Source: Octopus vulgaris
Taxonomy: Eukaryota
Assembly (NCBI GenBank): GCA_951406725.2
Contig: OX597843.1
Coordinates: 17,546,001-17,610,000, forward strand
Reading direction: 5' to 3'
Length of the DNA stretch: 64,000 bases
Part shown: positions 52,935-64,000 of the stretch, piece by piece
How the letters are laid out: every line of letters begins with the position of its first letter
Numbering within the stretch: position 1 is the stretch's first letter
Position numbers and translations under genes: made by a program
Notes under the pieces: generated by a model
What the model was told of the DNA's origin: nothing
Seen by the model: only the letters and a program-made list of their open reading frames with translations
Database searches by the model: none

Positions 52935-54176
52935 TACAGAGCCACTGAAGACGTGTGTTGAACAAAATCCTTGGTTTGGTTAAAAAAAAGGGCCATTAAA
53001 AAAACCGGAGAGCCTAAGATGAAGCGATAAAAATAAACAAGTTGAGAAAAAATATATATGGAGAGAATGTGTGAGAAAAATGTAGATCCTGTGGAAGTTG
53101 GAACGAGACAGTGGCACACAGAAGCTGGCTACCCGAATGGTTCTTGGTCTCAAGCAGTTGTCTTATGAAGAAAGGCTGAAGACGCTCGACCTTTATTCTC
53201 TAGAAAAACGACGACGCCGTGGTGATCTCATTCTTGCTCACAACATCATAAGCGGAAAGTGTAACCTCTCGAAAGAGCTGTTCTTCACTCCTTCTCCAGA
53301 GCATCGGCTGCGGGGTCACTCCGAAAAGCTCTATCTGTGACGATTTCATCTCAATCGAAGGAGAGGGGCTTTCTCCGTCCAGGTTGCGGATCCGTGGATA
53401 AGCTGCCGGACAAGATAGTGAAGATGCCGACGACCGCTCGGTTCAAAGTCCCTCTTGACCAGATATGGCCTGAACTCTTTGCATAAAAACCCACCCTGTA
53501 CATAACTCCCTGTCCCCCTACATGGCCTTGCTTTTTTGCTTTTTGAGCCAAAAAATTAACTAACTAACTAACATTGTGACAGAATGCTCCAGGTTAGCAC
53601 AGGAAGAATATAAGAAATACAGGCATGAACAGGTTGTAAAAGTCTTACAATGGAAACTGTGCCAGAAATGGGAATTTGAGACTGGAAACACAGGGTACAA
53701 TCATCGAGTCGAAAGAGTACTAGAGTCGGAGAAATGTAAGATTTTGTGGGACTTTCCTATTCAAACGGACAAGAAATTAGGGAACAGTAGACCAAACAAA
53801 ACATTTATGGATAAGGAAAAGCGAAGTTGTTTATTTATCGACCCATCCTGTCAGTTTGATTCCAGGATCGCAAAGGAAGAGGAAGAAGAAAAAAAATACA
53901 ATCCTTTAAAATTTGAAATAGGAAGAATTTGGACGTGCGAACTGTAAAGGTCATTCCTATAATAATTGGTAAACCAAGATACAGACAAATGGCTGAAGGA
54001 GATTGAAATAGAATACTCGGTAGAGCTCCTACTAAAAGTTTGTCTCTTAGAGACAGAAAGGATTATTGGGAGGGTTCGAAACACTTGAAAGACTGCTGAA
54101 AACTTGTGGATACCTAAGGCTACCCGCTACCCACATAATTCCTACCAGGATTAAGACCGAACCTGAGACAAACAAA

Positions 54177-54178
<2 letters not shown>
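52935..54178 (+). mobile_element. R4/Dong-clade fragment (subfamily 4) interrupted by a CR1 LINE
   Basis: CRSCGSWNETVAH | IVTEC zinc knuckle split by the insert; RHE, KILWDFPIQTD, RPN, FIDPSC; TAA on both sides. Confidence 0.8.
53119..53572 (+). mobile_element. CR1 LINE 3' end with (TAAC)n tail
   Basis: QKLATRMVLGLKQLSYEERLKTLDLYSLEKRRRRGDLI..LRGHSEKL. Confidence 0.9.
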
Positions 54179-54244
<66 letters not shown>

Positions 54245-54247
54245 TAA

Positions 54248-54813
54248 TCTTTTCTACTCTAGGCACAAGGCCCGAAATTTTGGGAAAGGAGGCCAGTCGA
54301 TTAGATCGACCTCAGTATGCAACTGCTACTTAATTTATCGACCCCGAAAGGATAAACGGCAAAGTCGACCTCGGTGGAATTTGAACTCAGAACGTAAAGA
54401 CAGACGAAATACCTATTTCTTTACTACCCACAAGGGGCTAAACACAGAGGGGACAAACAAGGACAGACATAGGTATTAAGTCGATTATATCGACCCCAGT
54501 GCGTAACTGGTACTTAATTTATCGACCCCGAAAGGATGAAAGGTAAAGTCGACCTCGGCAGAATTTGAACTCAGAACGTAAAGACAGATGAAATACCGCT
54601 AAGCATTTCGCCCGGCGTGCTAACGATTCTGCCAGCTCAATAATAATAATCTTTTCTACAAGGCCTGAAATTTTGGGGGAAGGGGATTAGATGAATCCCA
54701 GTGTTTACTGGTAAAGTCGGCCACGTCGGAATTTGAACTCAGAACGTAAAAACGGATGAAATGCCGCTAAGCATATTGCCCGGCATTCTAACGATTCCGC
54801 CAGCTCACCACCT
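54248..54813 (-). mobile_element. Dimeric SINE family C plus an adjacent monomer
   Basis: Core aaagtcgacctcgg..gaatttgaactcagaacgtaaa appears three times. Confidence 0.85.
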
Positions 54814-55227
54814 TAAATAATAACGATTGTAATGATGATGGTATCTATGATGGTAATGTTTTTTTTATTTGTTACAAGGTCATTGAGGGGCGGGACACGA
54901 ACAAAGAACCACACACGCACGCACAAACACACACGCACACACCAACACACACACACACACGCACGCACACACACACACACACCAACATACACACACACGC
55001 ACACTCACACGCACACACACACACATCAAGATACACACACACACACACACACGCAAACACATACACACACACACTCACACACACACACACACACACACAC
55101 CAACACACACACACACTCACACCAACACTCACACACACACACCAACACACACACACACTCACACACACATACACGTACACACACACACACACCAACATAC
55201 ACACACACGCACACACACACACACACC

Positions 55228-55264
<37 letters not shown>

Positions 55265-55780
55265 ATACACACACCAACACACACACACACGCACACACGC
55301 ACACACGCACACTTCACGATAAATATTTCACAACATAAGATTCTTGCTTTTCTTTGTACTTCGTTCATGTCAATAAAAAATACAAACTGAAAAAAATAAA
55401 AGATCCCATTTCTCATGAAATCCCGAACCCTTTAAGTGACATCTACCCCTACACAATACACTAATAGAACCCATCTACTGAGAGGACCCTAAGTCAACTA
55501 CTCAAAGCAATTTTTGCTTTCGGAATAAAAGAAAAAAATTGAAAGAAACGGTTTTAAAAATGGCGTACCTCACAACCTGCTGCGCTGCTTGCTTTGTTGA
55601 CACACGCGGCAGTCATTTGAACAAGTGACAAGTGTGTGTGTGTGCGTGTGTGTGTATACATGACGGATGGATATATGCGCGTTATTTTTTCAGATGGATT
55701 CATTTATATACCTGGACAGGCATATATAAATACATATATATATTTCAGATTACAGACACAACAATCTATATATATATATC

Positions 55781-55861
<81 letters not shown>

Positions 55862-55920
55862 ATATATATATATATGTATATGTATATATATATATATGTA
55901 TGTATATATATATATGTATG

Positions 55921-56006
<86 letters not shown>

Positions 56007-56304
56007 TATATGTATGTTTATGCATTTATAAATATATACACACATATAAAAGCAAATGTTACTGCATACGCGTGTGTGTGTAAGTGTGTGCCCGTGTGTT
56101 CATGTGTCATATATATATATATGCATACACACATACACACGCGGTGCACATATATACTTATATATACACATATACACATACATTTATATAATAAATGCAT
56201 ATATGTATATACGCTTATATGTGTTTATGTAGACAAACATATATACATGCATAAACAAATACAAATATATACATATATATATATCGATATATAGATGCAC
56301 ATAC

Positions 56305-56336
<32 letters not shown>

Positions 56337-56609
56337 GCCTGTAAGCGCAATCTTGAGAAGTGTGGAGTAGATGGCGCTGTGGCAGTCCTCGGGACGACAT
56401 GTGTTTCAAAGCTGCGTTACGGAACTCACTTGGAATGAGTTATTGTAGCCATTTGTTTATTTAACGGTTTGCGTCGGTGTTTTTCAAGCATGGTTTTACG
56501 GTCTAATGTGTTGATCTTAGATATGTTAGGTTGTTTGTCAATTGTTCCACCACGATCTATTATATACACACGGCCGATATTTTCTACATGATGTTTCTGT
56601 CTGCCTCTT

Positions 56610-57045
56610 TGTATGTACGTACGTATGTATGTATGTATGTATGTGTGTATGTGTGTATGTATGTATGTATGTATGTATGTATGTATGTATATATGTATGT
56701 ATGTATGTGTGTATGTATGTATGTGTGTATGTGTGTATGTATGTATGTATGTATGTATGTATGTATGTATGTATGTATGTATGTATGTATGCATCTACGT
56801 ATGTATGTATGTATGTATGTATGTATGTATGCATCTACGTATGTATGTACGTATGTGTGTATGTATGTATGAATGTATGTATGTATGTATGTATGTATGT
56901 ATGTATGTATGTATGTATGTATGTATGTATGTATGTATGTATGTATGTATGTATGTATGTATGTATGTATGTATGTATGTATGTATGTGTGCATACATAC
57001 ATACATACATACATTCATACATACATACATACACACATACATACA
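56610..57045. repeat. (TATG)n/(CATA)n microsatellite
   Basis: Direct reading. Confidence 0.95.
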
Positions 57046-57187
57046 CTTACAAACAGATATTAAAGTAAGCATATAGACATAAATATACATACGCATACAT
57101 CTACATATGCACAGTTACATATACAGATACATACAAATAAAGACAGATATGCATACACACACACACACACACATATATATATACATT

Positions 57188-57222
<35 letters not shown>

Positions 57223-57701
57223 GTGAACCAATACTAATATACAAGTATACACACAGAAGTATATAGATAATTAAATTAATATATAGGCATATTGAGATAT
57301 ATATACACGCATTTACATATAGATATTTAAATAAGCATATAGACAAACCCATCTGATTGTACATATACATATCCAATATATAGACATATCATACCTATAT
57401 GGCCATATATACATACATTCCCATCAATTATCATTATTAAAAAATATGAAATAACGTTCTTAAATAATACGATTTAAAATAAAAGATAACATGTTATGTA
57501 GATTAATAAGTATTTAGTGTGATATCAAATAATATTGTGAGGTATACTTGACATTTCAATATGGCTAACCACTAAGAGTGGGTGTAACTGTAGCTTGTAG
57601 CCCCAGGAGAACATCGTCTCCAGCTGGCTTTAGGCACACTTTCTCTGCCGTTATGGTTTTTGCAAAGGGAGGTCATCCTTCCCTCGTCAACCTAAGTGAT
57701 A

Positions 57702-57746
57702 CGCACGGACTGCAGTTTCTAGGTATTGACCTGTCCTCAGCGTACG
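57702..57746 (-). ncRNA. Minimal type-I hammerhead ribozyme motif in the Penelope pLTR
   Basis: Minus: cgtacg-CTGAGGA-c-AGGT-caat-ACCT-a-GAAAC-TGCA-GTC-cgtgcg; palindromic stem III, GUC site; closing pair of stem II is C.A. Confidence 0.8.
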
Positions 57747-58648
57747 ACAATCAGCGGTTTTCGATGAAAGGAGTCCCAATGCAAATAAGTTCAGAGATTT
57801 ATTATTGCAAATAATATTAATAACACTATTAAGTGACATTACTGTTATTTTAGATTAGTGAAAAGGAATTTTGTCATGTGTTTACACGAAAAGATGTTTT
57901 CATTCCTCGTATTTACAAGGTGCCCTTTCATATTCATTATTTTATAGTTTTCCTCTAGGCATAATCTACAGAATTTATTGTTAATTTTGCAAGAAGGTGC
58001 AAATGATACAACTTTCCATTGACAATGAAATCAATATTTTTTCTTTTTTTTTTGAGGTGCTAAATTTCTTTTGAGAGTCCGGTACTGTTCATTTTACTTT
58101 GGTCCCTAAATGTCGATTCGTGGTTCGAAATTCTTGATTTGATCCAGTTTTGTGTACATCCGATATAATGATATTTTGAGGAATCCTATGTTGCTTGGTA
58201 TACTACATTTTTTACAATCTCTAACTTTTGGGTCTCTCCTATTACAACTTTTATGTGTAGGTAATGTGGTGTTATTAAGAGACTTCATTGATTTATATGC
58301 GTTGTAGTTATCAAGAGTATTCATATTGCTGTTTGTACCATTATGTTCTGTTTTATTATTTTTGTATATTTTAGGTTCAGTTTGTGTTTTTCATAGAATT
58401 GATCTAATTTCCTATTATTAAATGAAGATATTATCCTGAAAAGGTTGGGAGAAACTGAAAATCCGAATCTGATATGTTTTGCGTACCTAGTGTTTTTAAA
58501 GTTTTCATTAATAATCTTTCTGATCGATCCTATAAAATTTGTCTTTAAATGTTTAGCGAAGGGAATTATTATCGATATGGTTTTATCAGGGTCCTCTTGG
58601 GTGAGCATTGATTTCTATTCAGAAAGTCATTTTCGTTTCTTTTTGACT

Positions 58649-59050
58649 ATAGGCGCAGGAGTGGCTGTGTGGTAAGTAGCTTGCTAACCAACCACATGGT
58701 TCCGGGTTCAGTCCCACTGCGTGGCATCTTGGGCAAGTGTCTTCTGCTATAGCCCCGGGCCGACCAAAGCCTTGTGAGTGGATTTGGTAGACGGAAACTG
58801 AAAGAAGCCCATTATATATATGTATATATATGTATGTGTGATTGTGTGTCTGTGTTTGTCCCGCCCAACGTTGCTTGACAACCGATGCTGGTGTGTTTAT
58901 GTCCCCGTCACTTAGCGGTTCGGCAAAAGAGACCGATGGAATAAGTACTGGGCTTACAAAGAATAAGTCCTGGGGTCGATTTGCTCGACTAAAGGCGGTG
59001 CTCCAGCATGGCCACAGTCAAATGACTGAAACAAGTAAAAGAGTAAAGAG
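58649..59050 (+). mobile_element. Full-length SINE family A inside the Penelope element
   Basis: Complete head-to-tail match. Confidence 0.9.
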
Positions 59051-59471
59051 TATGTTTTTATTATCGTTATTCATTTTATTATTGTGATTCTTATCACTGT
59101 TGTTCGTCGTCTTATTCTGGTTATTCAGATTTCTATTATTTGTTATCTTTATGTTCCGATTCCTGTCTTTAATTATACACTTGTAATTTACTCGATCGGT
59201 ATTTTTAGGGTTGTTTACATTCGTGTGATTAGAAAAGTGATAGTAATTTTTATGATTTTTGTTCTTATTATGAATTTTATTTGTTATATGTTCTTGATGC
59301 TTAAGTTTAATTTTTTAATTATAATTGGCCTGTTTAACACGATTGTTATATTTACGAATAGTGTTGGGGATTTTTATTTTTTCATTATGAGGGAATATTA
59401 TTTCTTTATTACGGAGATGTACTCGCATAGCAAGTAATTTGATCTGAGATCGTGTGCTGGAACGAAAACAA

Positions 59472-59685
59472 TTGCAGCGTGGAAGGTGTTTGTAAGCCAT
59501 TTAAGAAACACACAAAACCGTTCGATTCATTTCAACATTTAAGTTTAATTTGTCAAAATATTTTCGTCGCTTTAAGACCGCGACCTGTTCACTGACAAAA
59601 CTCCGTGCTGCATCCGAATGTTGAAGTGAATCGAACGGCTTTTGTGTGTTTCTTAAATGGCTTACAAACACCTTTCACGCTGCAA
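59472..59685. mobile_element. Foldback insert (~68-bp arms) nested in the Penelope element
   Basis: Arms 59472-59539/59617-59685. Confidence 0.8.
59549..59599 (-). ncRNA. Hammerhead-like motif with a G3-C8 swapped core
   Basis: Minus: tttgtca-GTGAACA-g-GTCGC-ggtcttaaa-GCGAC-GAAAA-TA-TTT-tgacaaa. Confidence 0.65.
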
Positions 59686-60137
59686 CTATTTCTTTAGTCT
59701 CAAAATTATTATTTATGTAATTATTTTAAATATGATTCTAAGTAGCGTTGTGGTTCTTATTGTACTTAATCTTATACTTCTATTCTGCCTTCTTAAGTGC
59801 TATGTTGTAATAGTCTTTATGTTTATTAAATACATCTTCGTTACAGGATAGAAAATTTATTCTTCTCCCTAAGTTTGTATTCAAGTTTTCTATAATATTA
59901 TGTGGGTGGTTACTGTTTACGTTTATATATCTTATGTTGGTGTTAGGTTTATGATAAGGTTGGTATATATGTATGTGTATATATATAACTAATGTAGGAT
60001 AAAATTTTTTTCGGGAAAAAAATTCCATCAATGGCCAGCATATCAAAAGATACCTTTAAAGGTTAAATTTATAAATAATTTACAAAATAAGGGCAAAAGA
60101 AAAATTCTAATGCCAAATATGCCGAAAAAAAGACAAA

Positions 60138-60359
60138 ATTGTGAATAACCATTATAATTTATGCGTCTCGAAACAAACCGATAGAAATTTCTAAAAAATC
60201 CGTTATTACCGTATTGGTAATATCTCACGTATTTATCGCTGAAGAGGGGAAAATTCTTACGAATTAACCCCGAAATTGGGACCAATACAGTAATAACGGA
60301 CTTTTTAGAAATTTCTATCGGTTTGTTTCGAGACGCATAAGTTATAATGGTTATTCACA

Positions 60360-60361
<2 letters not shown>
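60138..60361. mobile_element. Foldback insert (81-bp arms) with a truncated hammerhead in the spacer
   Basis: Arms 60138-60218/60281-60361; CTGAAGA-GGGG..CCCC-GAAAT at 60239-60276; followed by (TA)n. Confidence 0.8.
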
Positions 60362-60416
<55 letters not shown>

Positions 60417-60422
<6 letters not shown>

Positions 60423-60625
60423 ATACAAACATGAAAACACCAAGAGAAAACACAACGTGAGTACGTGGAACAAATATAGTATTATTGGACGCTAAGGAAG
60501 GAAGGGAAGAAGGAGGATTTAACGTTTCGAGCGGAGCTCTTCGTCAGAAACATAGGAAAAGGAATGATCCAGAGAAGGGAAGACAGAAGAAAAAAAATCG
60601 CCAACGGTACACACGCGGTCACATA
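60417..60625 (-). mobile_element. Short TA-associated repeat with an intact-core hammerhead-like motif (60517-60551)
   Basis: Minus: gttt-CTGACGA-a-GAG-ctccg-CTC-GAAAC-GTT-aaat. Confidence 0.75.
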
Positions 60626-60691
60626 TGTATATATATATATATATATATATACATATGTATATGTAGGTATATATGCATATATATATACATA

Positions 60692-61028
60692 AAGACCCCT
60701 TTCGGTCATGAGTGACCATGGGTTTGCACCTAGAGAGTTACCCTCTGAGGCACAAGTCTGGGCAAGGTTGTTTTATGGAAGACCAGTAGTCGCCCATGCA
60801 TACCGGCCTCCCCTCTCCACGCCACCAGTGTTATCCAAGGGAAAGACAAAGGTCGATACAGCTTGGCACCAGTGACGTCGCAACTCATTTCTACAGCTGA
60901 GTGAACTGGAGCAACGTGAAATAAAGTGTCTTGCTCAAGAACACAACACGCAGCCCGGTCCGGGATTCGAGCTCACAACCTCTCGATCGTAAGCTCGACG
61001 CTCTAACCACTGAGCCATGCGCCTTCAC
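60692..61028 (-). mobile_element. SINE family B head with a different body
   Basis: Minus: gtgaaggcgcatggctcagtggttagagc..cttgagcaagacactttatttcacgttgctccag. Confidence 0.85.
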
Positions 61029-61042
61029 ATACATATACATAC

Positions 61043-61074
<32 letters not shown>

Positions 61075-61077
61075 GTG

Positions 61078-61365
61078 AGCCTTAGGGGAGACTTTTACAT
61101 GGTAGCTAGACCTGGTAGAAATAGCAGAGATATTCCCCAAATCACACCTTACTGCCTTATGTATGTATATATGCATGTATATGGTAGCTAGATCTGGCAG
61201 AAATAGCAGCCAAATATCACTCAAAATCTGTTTCAATAAAGAACACGTTAGACAATATGGTACTGTGTTTCCTGCACAGAGGGAAAATACGTGGTTGTCA
61301 CAGCTGGATTGCTTTTGATTGTAAATCCGAAGAATCAAGACTGACCTGGTGCTAAACAACAACAA
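61078..61365 (+). mobile_element. Dispersed repeat with two copies of the minisatellite unit and an (AAC)n end
   Basis: gggagact.ttacatggtagctagacctggtagaaatagcag twice; gacctggtgctaaacaacaac. Confidence 0.65.
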
Positions 61366-61816
61366 TACCAAATCCGTGCAGCCAATGCGAACCCCCAACA
61401 TCACCATTCCAGAGAATTCTTAAAACATCACAACACTACCTCACTAAAATACTCTAGCCTACCCTATACACACTCATGCACGACCACATCATTCCATCTA
61501 GCGTATTTTTATCACCTCTCCACCCTATACACAGACCTCCTATGCCGTACCAATCCACCCGACTGCCACCCGTTACTGTTATTCTATACATATACCCAAA
61601 TACCTGTTTGTTTTGAGAGGTTATGGAGAAGTATCGCGTGTTATTGAAGCCATCGTCGCTGTAGACTCCGCCCGTGATGCGAACCTGGGTGTGGTGGTGG
61701 TGGTGGTGGATGGCTGTATGTACGTGTGTGTTTATGTCTGTGTTTGTGTCTGTGTCTATGTACACACACATACACATGCATAAATAATGTATTTATGTAT
61801 ACACATGCACTTTCAG

Positions 61817-61856
<40 letters not shown>

Positions 61857-61994
61857 GGATCGTGAGAGAGTGTGTGTGTGTGTTTATGGGTGGTGCAAGT
61901 GTATGTATATACATATAAATATTTAAATTATATATGTGTGTATATACATGAGTAAACACGAGATCTCATATATTTCAGGCGTGTTGGTGCACAC

Positions 61995-62103
<109 letters not shown>

Positions 62104-62328
62104 CGGACTGATAGATAAATATAGATAAATATACATACATATACGTATAAATATAAATATATATATATAGATATATATATATATATATATATATATACAC
62201 GCACATTATTTTACACATACATGCATATCGTTTATCTTTTGTCGATCCACACAAATATACAAAACATACGCCGACAGATATGTATCCATATATATGCGTA
62301 TACATACATACATACATACATACATACA

Positions 62329-62362
<34 letters not shown>

Positions 62363-62391
62363 CACACACACCGACGCACATAAACATTCCC

Positions 62392-62478
<87 letters not shown>

Positions 62479-62819
62479 GCTTGCATACGACACAGAAATA
62501 AGAGTGTGTGTGCATATGTGTGTGCGTGTGTGTGTGTATGTGTGTGTGTATGTGTGCGCGCGCGCGTATTTGGGTGTCTGTGCGTCGTGTTTTGTTTGAA
62601 AATATTTCTTTGTGTTAGAAACTAAGTAAACAAAACAAACGGAATACATTAGAAATATCTGTAACTGGGTGTATATAGTGTCTGGTGTAGCATGTGGCGC
62701 GTGTATATGTGCGTTTGTGCCCATGTGTATATATGTATGTGTGCGTGTGTGTGTGAAAGAGAGACAGCCAGTACATATACTTGTATATATTCATTTATAA
62801 AGGAATACATGTATCTCTC

Positions 62820-62879
<60 letters not shown>

Positions 62880-62891
62880 CGTATATGTATG

Positions 62892-62929
<38 letters not shown>

Positions 62930-63221
62930 TTTGTATGTATGTATATATACGTATATGTATATATGTGTATATATATATATATGTATATATATGTATATAT
63001 ATATATATATGTATATATATATGTGTATGTATATGTATATATATATGTATGTATATATATATATGTATATATATATGTATATATATATTTATCTTTATAT
63101 ATATATGTATATATATATTTATCTTTATATATATATATGTATTTATATATATATATATGTATATATATATATGTGTGTGTGTTTGTGCATCTGTATCTAT
63201 TTACATCTACACACACACACG

Positions 63222-63497
63222 CAATAGGAGGCGATATATGAATACATTCGCCACCTCTTCCCGGCCTCTTAGGAGTAACTTTTTATCAGCACATTTCTGG
63301 GCGAGTCTACCCCTGTCACCTCGTTCCAGATCTTCTTCACATGGAGACTCGGACCAAACCAGACTCCGAGCAATTCTGTTGATCCCTTCATCCGACGTCC
63401 CACGACACTGCTGGACTACACGGACGCACCTCTCCAGCTGCCGAACACTTGTCCCACTAACTTTGATTTCTGCTCTGGTCACCGCCTCGTATTCTCT
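63222..63497 (-). mobile_element. L1/Tx1-clade LINE RT fragment
   Basis: Minus: YEAVTRAEI; ELLGVWFGP; [16 protein letters not shown] (frameshifted). Confidence 0.65.
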
Positions 63498-64000
63498 TAT
63501 CATCATCATCATCATTGTTCGACCGTGGTCGAGACAATGGAATTTACCATGCTACACCAGACTTCACGGTCCATCATGGCATTACGGAGGTCCCGTTGCT
63601 GGATGCCTGTATCCCTGGAGATTACATCAGTGTAGGAGAGTGTGCACCTTCTGGTATTGCGAGTAGATGGCTTCCAGAGGAGAAGAGTAGAAATTGCTTC
63701 GTTTTCAGCTCTACAACAATGTCCAGCAAACTGGACTCTCCTACCTTTCACAAGAGATGACACAGGTGGTAGTTTCCCATATATTTGCATTTTGGTTGGA
63801 TGACGCTTCCACGAGAGATTTTGAGCTCTCATAAGGAGGCGAGTGTAAGTTCCATCCAACCGCCTCTTGAAGAGTGTGCGACCTCTGGTATTGCGAGTAG
63901 ATGGCTTCCAGAGGAGAAGAGTAGAAATTGCCTCATTTTCAGCTCTACAACAATGTCCAGCAAACTGGACTCTCCCACCTTTCACAAGAGATGACACAGG
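63498..64000 (-). mobile_element. RTE-like LINE 3' end with (GAT)n tail and a 234-bp-offset duplication
   Basis: [48 protein letters not shown]. Confidence 0.85.

Larger units (their letters stand above)
57440..59965 (-). mobile_element. Degraded Penelope-like retroelement (RT thumb, linker, GIY-YIG C-terminus, pLTR)
   Basis: YQPYHKPNTNIRYINVNSNHP..RRINFLSCN (59780-59965); FSVSPNLFRIISSFNNRKL; WKVVSFAP..FCRLCLEE..LVNTRNE..CKHMTKF (~57860-58020); hammerhead downstream. Confidence 0.85.

Noticed and set aside
56390-56412. GAAAC-ACAT-GTC on the minus strand
   Set aside because: No matching CUGANGA half or stem I partner found nearby.

Overview
This is AT-rich eukaryotic non-coding DNA, roughly half microsatellite ((TA)n, (CA)n, (TATG)n, (TAGA)n, (TAA)n, (CAT)n, (GAA)n). 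The repeat repertoire resembles octopus/coleoid cephalopod intergenic or intronic DNA, which is an inference. No intact host protein-coding gene, rRNA, tRNA or CRISPR array is supportable, and nearly all listed ORFs are microsatellite translations. The non-simple sequence is a nested set of transposon remnants. It includes three tRNA-derived SINE families; CR1/L2, RTE, L1/Tx1 and R4/Dong LINE fragments (Dong copies in TAA repeats); mariner relics and MITEs; an 8-bp-TSD foldback MITE; two minisatellite arrays; and a degraded Penelope-like element (RT thumb plus GIY-YIG C-terminus). The most striking pattern is about a dozen minimal type-I hammerhead-ribozyme-like motifs from several unrelated sequence families. 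Some have variant cores, including a G3-C8 swap. Most lie in short foldback inserts, usually beside (TA)n tracts, one of which is a perfect 458-bp palindrome. All structures were read by eye; nothing was computed or searched.
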